In this document: one piece after another, positions 1 through 7,281 of the stretch
Numbering within the stretch: position 1 is the first letter of the stretch
Layout of the letters: every line of letters begins with the position of its first letter
DNA from: Candidatus Arthromitus sp. SFB-rat-Yit
GTDB lineage: Bacteria; Bacillota; Clostridia; Clostridiales; Clostridiaceae
Length of the DNA: 32,000 nt
NCBI RefSeq assembly: GCF_000283555.1
Contig: NC_016012.1
Span: forward strand, 540,001-572,000
Direction of reading: 5' to 3'
Notes under the pieces: model-generated
Database searches by the model: none
Seen by the model: only the letters and a program-made list of their open reading frames with translations
What the model was told of the DNA's origin: nothing
Made by a program: the position numbers and the translations under genes

Positions 1-1
1 T

Positions 2-562
2 AGTAGAATTAATGGAATTTTAAATAAACTGGGGTATTCGTTGTACCTTGATAACATTATTACACAGAAAAAATTGAATAAAGCAGAGGTTAATTATTTT
101 ATAGAGTATTTTTATAATGTAATTACAAAATTTAAATCTGTAGATGAGTTTAGTAAAAATATTAGATTAATTAATTCTACTCATGGAGTAAATTTTGGTA
201 CTATTCATTCTTCAAAGGGAATGGAATTTAGATGTGTTTATATTATAAATGCCCGTGATATGGATAGAGAGATGAATTTTAAAAATAATATAAATATATT
301 CTATGATGAAGAAGAGGAAAGACGTATTTTTTATGTAGGTATTACTAGAGCAATAGATTCCTTAAAAATTTTATCTCCATATTTTATAGAGGGAAGATTT
401 AATAATAGGTTATCGAGGTTTATTGGAGAAGGTTTGATGGATTCTGATTATGGCAATATAGATACTTGTAATATTAAAAAGATATCAAAGAATAAAGTCC
501 TTCTATATGTTGATGGCAAAAGGAAGAGTTTGGATACGAAGGATTATTTAGAAATAACTTGA
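2..562 (+). CDS. UvrD/PcrA-family DNA helicase, C-terminal fragment (5' end outside window)
   Basis: Frame is open upstream of the listed start to the window edge. Contains motifs V/VI: GTIHSSKGMEF and EEERRIFYVGITRA. Confidence 0.88.
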   Translation, partial: SRINGILNKLGYSLYLDNIITQKKLNKAEVNYFIEYFYNVITKFKSVDEFSKNIRLINSTHGVNFGTIHSSKGMEFRCVYIINARDMDREMNFKNNINIFYDEEEERRIFYVGITRAIDSLKILSPYFIEGRFNNRLSRFIGEGLMDSDYGNIDTCNIKKISKNKVLLYVDGKRKSLDTKDYLEIT

Positions 563-563
563 T

Positions 564-606
564 TAGAGATACTTATTTTTATAATAGGTATCTCTATTTT
601 GTTTTA
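564..606 (+). terminator. Rho-independent terminator after the helicase gene
   Basis: TAGAGATAC (564-572) / GTATCTCTA (588-596), then TTTTGTTTT. Confidence 0.75.
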
Positions 607-664
607 AATTAAATGATATAATATAAAATGGAACAAATTATTAGAGTTGGGAGTTTGTGCAGTT

Positions 665-1543
665 ATGAGTAATGATTCAATTGTTTATATAAATGGTAAG
701 TATGTACATAAAAATGAGGCTTTAGTTTCTGTATTTGATAGAGGTATATTGTATGGTGATGGATTCTTTGAAGGTATACGGATATATAATGGGAAGATAT
801 TTATGTGTGATGAGCACATAGATAGATTTTTTGATTCATCTAAGTATACAAATATAATTTTAAATTATTCAAAAGATGAAATAGTTGATATAATCGAGAA
901 ACTTATAGAAATGAATAATGTTAAAGATGGATATATAAGGCTTGTAGCTACAAGAGGAGCATATAATCTGGGTCTTACACCACCAACTCCTGATGTGGCT
1001 AACCCTACATTAATTTGTATAGTGTCTAATATAACTCTTTATGATAGGAAGTTTTATGATAATGGAATGAATGCTATTTTTTCATCTTTTACTAGGATTG
1101 GAACATCTATGTTAGATCCGCAATGTAAATCTCTGAATTATATGTTAAATATTTTGGCAAAAATGGAGGCAAATAATAGAGGAGCACAAGAAGCTATTTT
1201 TTTAAATTCCAATGGAATTGTTACAGAATGTACGGGGGATAATATTTTTATAATAAAAGATGATGTTGTTTATACACCGCCTAGTTATACAGGGATATTA
1301 AATGGGATTACTAGGATTTTAATTATTAAAATTTTGAAAAAGCTTGGATATGATATAAGAGAACAGGAATTTACAAGGTATAATGTTTATACAGCAGATG
1401 AATGTTTTCTTACAGGAACTGCTGCAGAAGTAATATCTGTTGTTAATATTGATGGACGATTAATAAATGATGGAAAGGTTGGACCACATACTAAGATTAT
1501 AATGAATGAGTATAAGAAATATATAGATAGTGTTTGTAATTAA
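665..1543 (+). CDS. ilvE: Branched-chain amino acid aminotransferase (class IV PLP aminotransferase)
   Basis: IYINGKYV...ALVSVFDRGILYGDGFFEGIR, KSLNYMLNILAKMEA, NGIVTECTGDNIFI, PPSYTGILNGITR, DECFLTGTAAEV. The ORF track starts at TTG 647; ATG 665 is an alternative start. Confidence 0.93.
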   Translation: MSNDSIVYINGKYVHKNEALVSVFDRGILYGDGFFEGIRIYNGKIFMCDEHIDRFFDSSKYTNIILNYSKDEIVDIIEKLIEMNNVKDGYIRLVATRGAYNLGLTPPTPDVANPTLICIVSNITLYDRKFYDNGMNAIFSSFTRIGTSMLDPQCKSLNYMLNILAKMEANNRGAQEAIFLNSNGIVTECTGDNIFIIKDDVVYTPPSYTGILNGITRILIIKILKKLGYDIREQEFTRYNVYTADECFLTGTAAEVISVVNIDGRLINDGKVGPHTKIIMNEYKKYIDSVCN

Positions 1544-1547
1544 AAAT

Positions 1548-1580
1548 GCTCAGAGAGATTAATTTCCCTCTGAGCTTTTA
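1548..1580. terminator. Bidirectional terminator between ilvE and a minus-strand small gene
   Basis: Perfect 8-bp stem GCTCAGAG (1548-1555) / CTCTGAGC (1568-1575), with T-rich sequence on the 3' side on both strands. Confidence 0.7.
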
Positions 1581-1611
1581 CTATGTTTAAAAAATGGTTT
1601 AATTCAATTTA

Positions 1612-1874
1612 TTATTTCATTAAGAATGGACCAGCATGTACTATTGTAGGTCTACCTCCACCTTGTCCAGTTAAAACAGTAGTTATTCCACTACCAGAAT
1701 TACTACGTAATTGTAATAATAATGAAGCTGGAGTTGTACTTGTCGTATTTAAATTTGTAGTTTTAAGTCCTCCAGGAGTAGTAACTATAGGAAGTTTTAA
1801 AGTTTTCGTAGTTGAACTGATGATATTAATGCCAATACACATGATGCTATTACTTTATTATGTAATTTTTTCAT
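1612..1874 (-). pseudogene. Small secreted/exported peptide gene with an apparent frame break
   Basis: Minus strand has TTGGAGG, then 7 nt, then ATG at 1874. This reads MKKLHNKVIASCVLALISSVQLRKL* (signal-peptide-like). The codon-biased body (...STTKTLKLPIVTTPGGLKTTNLNTTSTTPASLLLQLRSNSGSGITTVLTGQGGGRPTIVHAGPFLMK*) is in the -1 frame. It is followed by the bidirectional terminator. Confidence 0.5.
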
Positions 1875-1987
1875 AATTTTGCCTCCAAAAATTTTAGTCA
1901 AGCACAAATTATATATTAATATATAGTTTTTAAAAAATCAACAATTTGTTCATATTTTTTTCGAAAATTTTTACTAAAACATAAATT

Positions 1988-2017
1988 TTTACTATTTATG
2001 ATTAAAAATGGTATAAT
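1988..2017 (+). promoter_or_regulatory. Putative sigma-A-type promoter for the ECF sigma gene
   Basis: TTTACT, 18 nt, then TGGTATAAT (extended -10; TATAAT at 2012-2017), 35 nt before the ATG. Confidence 0.5.
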
Positions 2018-2052
2018 GTTAAATGTAATTTAACTTTGGAGGAATTTTTTGA

Positions 2053-2574
2053 ATGAGAAATAAAGATTCTGAAATGGTTTTAGAATATACTAATAAAAGA
2101 TATATTGAAGATTATATAATAAATAATCAAAAGTATTTATATAGAATTGCATTTAGCTATGTTAAAAATAAAGATGATGCCCTTGAGATAGTTCAAAATA
2201 CTATTTATAAAGCACTTTCATTTAGTAAAAAGATTAGGGATTTAAATTCAATCAAACCTTGGATTACCAAAATTCTTATAAATAGTTGTTTTGATTTTTT
2301 AAATAAGAGATGTAAGGGTATTTTTAATGATGAATTAGTTGATTCAGTTGAAGATAACAACGATAGTATACTGGATAAAATTGTTTTAAAATATGCTTTG
2401 GACAACCTCCCGCTTAAATTAAGAACTATAGTGATTTTAAGGTTTTTTGAAGATTTTAAAATCAAGGATATTTCAAATATTTTGGATATGAAAGAGAATA
2501 CAGTTAAAACTAATTTATATAAAGCGCTGAAGATACTTAAAATTAATTTAGAGGAGGAAGGGATTAGTGTATAG
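2053..2574 (+). CDS. ECF-type RNA polymerase sigma factor
   Basis: Region 2-like YLYRIAFSYVKNKDDALEIVQNTIYKAL; region 4-like ALDNLPLKLRTIVILRFFEDFKIKDISNILDMKENTVKTNLYKALKIL. Preceded by GGAGG. Confidence 0.88.
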   Translation: MRNKDSEMVLEYTNKRYIEDYIINNQKYLYRIAFSYVKNKDDALEIVQNTIYKALSFSKKIRDLNSIKPWITKILINSCFDFLNKRCKGIFNDELVDSVEDNNDSILDKIVLKYALDNLPLKLRTIVILRFFEDFKIKDISNILDMKENTVKTNLYKALKILKINLEEEGISV

Positions 2575-3166
2575 TGATAAGGATTTGGATTCATTGAAGG
2601 AAGAATATTTAAATCAAGATTACCCAGATGATTTAAATAAACATATCATAAAATGCATTTCTAAACAATCCAATAAAAAGTTCAAAAAATTTAATTATAC
2701 AACTAATATTTGTGTAGGTCTGCTTTTTGCATCTTGTTTATTACTTGCAATTATACCGAGAGCTCTAAAAAAATATGAAATTGATAGTCATCAAATTAAT
2801 GATGAGATGAGAAGCTATACACAATCTACTTATGATTTATACAGTAATATCCCAAAAAATTTGATTAATGTGGCAGAAAACAATTCAATAATTTCTATAT
2901 ATAAAGATGGGGATGAAATTTATTCAAATAATATGATCTATAATATCGATAAAACCAGAGGTGTTTTAATTGAACTGAAGGATATTTTAATTGAAAAAAT
3001 TGAAGATGTGGATATAGATAAGAAATTGAAGGATATTCTTCTTAATCATGAAACTAAATTCTTTTTAAATGAAGATGGAAGTTATATTATTTTATCTGAA
3101 AGTGGAAAAATTTTAATTGATAATGTTTTGAAATCTAAAATATTTAAACCTGAGTATATGTTTTGA
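2567..3166 (+). CDS. Putative membrane-bound anti-sigma factor partner
   Basis: Starts at GTG inside the 3' end of the sigma gene (8-bp overlap). Short N-terminal cytoplasmic region, one TM helix (ICVGLLFASCLLLAIIP), extracytoplasmic C-terminal region. Confidence 0.6.
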   Translation: MYSDKDLDSLKEEYLNQDYPDDLNKHIIKCISKQSNKKFKKFNYTTNICVGLLFASCLLLAIIPRALKKYEIDSHQINDEMRSYTQSTYDLYSNIPKNLINVAENNSIISIYKDGDEIYSNNMIYNIDKTRGVLIELKDILIEKIEDVDIDKKLKDILLNHETKFFLNEDGSYIILSESGKILIDNVLKSKIFKPEYMF

Positions 3167-3200
3167 GGCTAATAATTTTTTATTAGCCTTTTTATTTTTC
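3166..3200 (+). terminator. Rho-independent terminator of the sigma operon
   Basis: AGGCTAATAA (3166-3175) / TTATTAGCCT (3180-3189), followed by TTTTATTTTT. Confidence 0.8.
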
Positions 3201-3302
3201 TCAAAGTTCGGATAACTCCATTATGAAAAATAAGTTTAATTTTAAAATTTAATTTAAGTGCCCAAATAAGTTAATGGAGTTAACCAAACTTAAAGAAAAA
3301 TA
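3193..3302. repeat. Long imperfect inverted repeat (31-nt arms, 48-nt centre)
   Basis: Left arm 3193-3223 TATTTTTCTCAAAGTTCGGATAACTCCATTA. Reverse complement of 3272-3302 is TATTTTTCTTTAAGTTTGGTTAACTCCATTA. 27/31 positions identical. Confidence 0.7.
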
Positions 3303-3633
3303 GGCTTTTTAAATATATTTTTAGGATAGATATTGTAAAGATTATGTTTTTAAAGGAGTTTTTTGGAAAATATAGATTCTATATGGTTTATAGTTTATAT
3401 AATATCGTTTTATAATGTAAAAAAGATATAAATACTTTAATTGTTTTTTACTAAACGACATTAAATTTTAACATGTTAACATTTAAAGACATTAATTTTT
3501 AATTTTTTTTTAAGTAAAACTTACTATTTAATAATTTGATTTGGAAATATAATAAGATCATTGGAAGTGACAATTAAATTAAATGCAAATTGAAAGTTAA
3601 AATAAAGAATAAATTATTAGGAGATTAAGAAAT

Positions 3634-4212
3634 ATGTTGAAGGAAAAAACTAAAAATATTTTATTAGGTACGACTCTAGGAGCTTTTATAGTATTTGGAG
3701 CATTTGTTGTTAAATCAATGGTAACGAAAAATAATATAGAAGATATGGTTAGTGTTAAGTATAATAATTATAGATCAAATCGTTATATGGATTATTATCC
3801 TGACCATGATTATGATTATTCGGATTATGCAAGTGGTTATGGATATTTAGATGATTATGATTATTCGGATTATGCAAGTAGTTATGGATATTTAGATGAT
3901 TATGATTATTCGGATTATGCAAGTGATTATGATTATTCAGATTTAATAAACGAAATGTTAAGTTCTGGATATATAGATCAAACAAAAGCTAATGAGTTTA
4001 AAAATGGAATTAAATCTGAAGCTACACAATTGGAAATAGAAAAAACTTATGATTTCTATATGATTGATCAGGATGTGAAAGATGGATTTTATAGTGCAGA
4101 AGCTGGTCAGTTAGAAAAGCAATTAGTAGAAGCGGAGTATTCAGGTAATGATGAGTTATATGATCAAATATATGAAAAATATATTTCTCAATTAGAGAAA
4201 GAGGGAAATTAA
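3634..4212 (+). CDS. Membrane-anchored Tyr/Asp-rich tandem-repeat protein, unknown function
   Basis: AGGAG RBS, N-terminal hydrophobic segment (ILLGTTLGAFIVFGAFVV), three 15-aa DYDYSDYAS-type repeats, then a charged C-terminal domain. Confidence 0.75.
   Translation: MLKEKTKNILLGTTLGAFIVFGAFVVKSMVTKNNIEDMVSVKYNNYRSNRYMDYYPDHDYDYSDYASGYGYLDDYDYSDYASSYGYLDDYDYSDYASDYDYSDLINEMLSSGYIDQTKANEFKNGIKSEATQLEIEKTYDFYMIDQDVKDGFYSAEAGQLEKQLVEAEYSGNDELYDQIYEKYISQLEKEGN
3808..3942 (+). repeat. Three tandem 45-bp coding repeats
   Basis: Units 3808-3852, 3853-3897, 3898-3942. Units 1 and 2 differ at one base. Unit 3 diverges in its second half. Encodes DYDYSDYASGYGYLD-like units. Confidence 0.9.
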
Positions 4213-4226
4213 ATATATTATTTTAC

Positions 4227-4255
4227 AAGGCTTTACATGGTAAAGCCTTTTTTAT
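4227..4255 (+). terminator. Rho-independent terminator
   Basis: AAGGCTTTAC (4227-4236) ATG GTAAAGCCTT (4240-4249), then a T-rich tail. Confidence 0.8.
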
Positions 4256-4339
4256 ATTTATTTTATAAATATTTGATGATATTAGTGTGTGAATTGTGTT
4301 AAGATATTTCTTAATATATGATTAGGAGGTAATGTACAA

Positions 4340-5698
4340 TTGTCAGATAGTTTGAAAAAGAGATATGGATTCTGGACAGCTGTAGCGATGGTTGTAGGAA
4401 TTGTTATAGGGAGTGGTGTGTTTTTTAAAGCAGAGAAAGTTATCCAGGCTACTGCTGGGAATATGTATATGGGTGTATTTTCTTGGATAGCTAGTGGTAG
4501 CATAATAGTTATTTGTGCATATGCTTTTTCTATTTTAGCTGGACGTTATTCAAAAATTAATGGAATCGTTGATTATTCAGAGGCTTCTATTGGTAAAACG
4601 TATAGTTATATTGTAGGATGGTTTATGTCGGTTGTGTATTATCCGTCATTAACAGCTATATTGTGTTGGATATCAGCACGATATACATTGACTTTGTTTG
4701 GAATTAATGTGGATGCAAATAGTATGGAAGTATATTTAATAGCTTTAGGGTATTTGGTAATAATGTATTTTTTAAATATATTTGCTCCGTTATTAGCTGG
4801 AAAAATTCAGGTATCAACAACTTTTATAAAATTAATACCATTAGTTCTTATGGGAATTGTAGGTATAATTAAAGGTGTTTCAAGTGGTCAAACAATACAA
4901 AATTTTGTTAATACATCAACAGATATAGTAACATCTAATCCATTACTTACTTCGATTGTTGCTACAGCATTTGCTTATGAGGGTTGGATTGTTGCTACAA
5001 CAATAAATTCAGAGTTAAAAGATCCACGTAAAAATTTGCCTAAATCTTTGATAATAGGTAGTATTTTTATAGTTATTATATATTTGTTATATTTTATTGG
5101 AATATCTGGATCGATGTCTGTTGATGAGTTCATACATGCGGGAGAAGATTCTATAAAAATAGCGTTCTTTAATGTATTAGGAAATTTTGGAGGAAGCACA
5201 TTATTTATTTTCGTTATAATTTCTTGTCTTGGAACTTTAAATGGAATGATGCTTGCAACTGTAAGGGGGATTTATTCTTTAGCAGTTAGAGGAATGGGTC
5301 CACGTCCTAGTTTTTTCTCTAAGGTAAGTGAAAAAAATAAGGTTCCAATTAATTCAGGATTATTTGCAGTTTCAATGATACTTTTGTGGTTACTTATGTG
5401 GTATTTAAGTAATGCAGGTTTTTTTGGAATGTTTTTAGATTTTTCTGAGTTACCAGTTATTAGTATGTATGCATTATATATTCCTATATTTTTTTGGATG
5501 AGCATAAAACTTAAGGATTTAAATCTGTTTAATAGATATGTTATACCTTATGCTGCTATTTTGTGTTCGCTATTTATGATATATGCAACTTTTGTTTCTC
5601 ATGGGATTAAGGCTGTTGCAGTATATTTTGTATTATTCATATGTGTTATTGTAATAGGATTAATATTCAAAAATGATCGAAAAGAAGAGAGTCTTTAA
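4340..5698 (+). CDS. APC-family amino acid permease
   Basis: TTG start after AGGAGG. About 12 hydrophobic segments; GIVIGSGVFFKAEKV near the N-terminus, SILAGRYSKINGIVDYSEASIGKTYSYIVGW, TAFAYEGWIVATTINSELKDPRKNLPKSL. Confidence 0.9.
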   Translation: MSDSLKKRYGFWTAVAMVVGIVIGSGVFFKAEKVIQATAGNMYMGVFSWIASGSIIVICAYAFSILAGRYSKINGIVDYSEASIGKTYSYIVGWFMSVVYYPSLTAILCWISARYTLTLFGINVDANSMEVYLIALGYLVIMYFLNIFAPLLAGKIQVSTTFIKLIPLVLMGIVGIIKGVSSGQTIQNFVNTSTDIVTSNPLLTSIVATAFAYEGWIVATTINSELKDPRKNLPKSLIIGSIFIVIIYLLYFIGISGSMSVDEFIHAGEDSIKIAFFNVLGNFGGSTLFIFVIISCLGTLNGMMLATVRGIYSLAVRGMGPRPSFFSKVSEKNKVPINSGLFAVSMILLWLLMWYLSNAGFFGMFLDFSELPVISMYALYIPIFFWMSIKLKDLNLFNRYVIPYAAILCSLFMIYATFVSHGIKAVAVYFVLFICVIVIGLIFKNDRKEESL

Positions 5699-5710
5699 TT
5701 AGACTCTCTT
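5685..5710. terminator. Bidirectional terminator between convergent genes
   Basis: AAGAGAGTCT (5685-5694) / AGACTCTCTT (5701-5710). The stem overlaps the 3' end of both CDSs. Confidence 0.75.
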
Positions 5711-7007
5711 AATATTTTATACCTATTGTTTCGATTATATTTTTGAATTCAGGCTCTCCAAGCATTCTAGTTACTATATTAGTAACAGATTTCTTTTCAT
5801 CATTTGTGACCTTAAAATTCTCTTCATATTCTTTTATCCAAAAATTAAGTCCTTCATTATCAGGAGTTCTATTGTACATCACAGCATAAATTCTAGTTAT
5901 TTTATCGATGGGATTTTGTGAAATTTTTAAAAATTCTTCAGTGTTCAACAAATTTAGTATGAAATCTCTTGCGTTTATTTTGAAAGTAGAAAGTTGAGAA
6001 AACCAATATTTAAAACCGCTTTTATCCAATTCAACTCTATTTAATGCTGTATTGTACGCATTTTCGATATATGAGGCTAGTTTTATTAAATCAATAGCTA
6101 CGATATCGGTTGAAAAATTGTTAATTATAAAATTGTGTAATTTATTTTCAGTATCTTGAACGATTAATTTGATATTTTCATATGATTGGTTTTGTTCAAG
6201 ATTGCTTAATATAAGTTCGTTTGTTTCTTTATTTATTACAAATTTTAAATTAGTATCTGATAATTTGGCATCTTTTATAGTTAAATCATTTGGTAAAATG
6301 ACTTTAGCTTGTATATTATTATTATTTTTGCTTATGGATACATCAACATAGCTAAAATTTTTGTTTGTAGTTGTAAATTCATTCAAATTAAATACGTGGC
6401 TATTATTTTGATCATCGAAAATTGTTAAATTTAAGTATGAATATGTAGTATTAGGTTTAAGTTCAAGTATGGTAATAGTACCATCTGAAACGTCAACTAA
6501 TAAATTATCATTAGAAATTTTTGCAGATATGGGATATATGTATGATGGAAGCATAACTTCTCCACTGAAATTATCTTTATATGAAGAAACTTTTACATCA
6601 AGAGATTTGGTGATTTGATTAGGAGTTTTAAAGTTGTTCAATTTAAATGTGTGTATTTTGTTAGATGAATCAATTAACTTTATTGAAATGTCTTTATATT
6701 CAGTTTCGGGCTTTAAATTGTATAATTCAACTTGACCATCTACGATATTAATTGACATTGAACTATTAGAAATCTCTGCACTTACAAAGTTGTATTTATT
6801 AATTTCAGGAATTAAAACTTTAGCCACTATTATATCACCTTCGTGTATAAAAAATCTGACATCTAAACTTTTTGATATATTATTTTCAATTTGATTTGTG
6901 TTTGTATTTTCTATAGCTAAACTTTTAATTACTGGATTTTTTATGTTACTTAAAGGTATTAAACATACAGTTGATACAATTAATAATTTTATAAATGATT
7001 TTTTCAT
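5709..7007 (-). CDS. Secreted protein with three ~85-aa beta-rich repeats and a C-terminal DUF4214-like domain
   Basis: Signal peptide MKKSFIKLLIVSTVCLIPLS. Internal repeats (SLDVRFF.../SLDVKVSS.../SYVDVSIS...). C-terminal YNTALNRVELDKSGFKYWFSQL and YAVMYNRTPDNEGLNFWI. The AGGAGG lies inside the listed ORF N-terminus, so the start is ATG 7007, not 7031. Confidence 0.75.
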   Translation of the reverse strand: MKKSFIKLLIVSTVCLIPLSNIKNPVIKSLAIENTNTNQIENNISKSLDVRFFIHEGDIIVAKVLIPEINKYNFVSAEISNSSMSINIVDGQVELYNLKPETEYKDISIKLIDSSNKIHTFKLNNFKTPNQITKSLDVKVSSYKDNFSGEVMLPSYIYPISAKISNDNLLVDVSDGTITILELKPNTTYSYLNLTIFDDQNNSHVFNLNEFTTTNKNFSYVDVSISKNNNNIQAKVILPNDLTIKDAKLSDTNLKFVINKETNELILSNLEQNQSYENIKLIVQDTENKLHNFIINNFSTDIVAIDLIKLASYIENAYNTALNRVELDKSGFKYWFSQLSTFKINARDFILNLLNTEEFLKISQNPIDKITRIYAVMYNRTPDNEGLNFWIKEYEENFKVTNDEKKSVTNIVTRMLGEPEFKNIIETIGIKY

Positions 7008-7281
7008 GAAAGAAAATATCCTCCTATTCAAATTACGATTCTATAATGTAATTAAAACGAAATTAAATATTAAAAAATGTTACAATATAATTATATATTA
7101 ATTAAAAATATATTGTCAATGTATAATTAAACTTACGTTTTTTCTAAATTTAAGCCATAATAAATTTTCGAAAAACATATTACAAAAAATAAATTATTTC
7201 AACAATAATAGACTTTTTTAGTTATAATTTATATTATTTTTAGAAATGATGTTAAAAATATAGTGTATTGGAGGTAATTTT

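Noticed and set aside
1583-1876. Plus-strand 97-aa ORF (MFKKWFNSIYYF...)
   Set aside because: No RBS. It overlaps the ilvE terminator region and mirrors a minus-strand gene with a strong RBS, a signal-peptide-like start and a bidirectional terminator. Treated as an antisense shadow.
3808-3942. Tandem repeats considered as a CRISPR-like array
   Set aside because: Units are contiguous with no spacers, in coding register, and encode a protein repeat.
3755-3985. Minus-strand 76-aa ORF rich in Asn/His/Leu
   Set aside because: Composition is a by-product of reading the YD-encoding tandem repeats in reverse; no RBS or independent support.
4975-5505. Minus-strand ORFs inside the permease gene
   Set aside because: Antisense to a well-supported transporter CDS with no RBS or homology signal.
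6898-7101. Plus-strand 67-aa ORF antisense to the DUF4214-like gene start
   Set aside because: It overlaps the RBS and signal peptide of the minus-strand gene; hydrophobicity reflects the antisense of the signal peptide.
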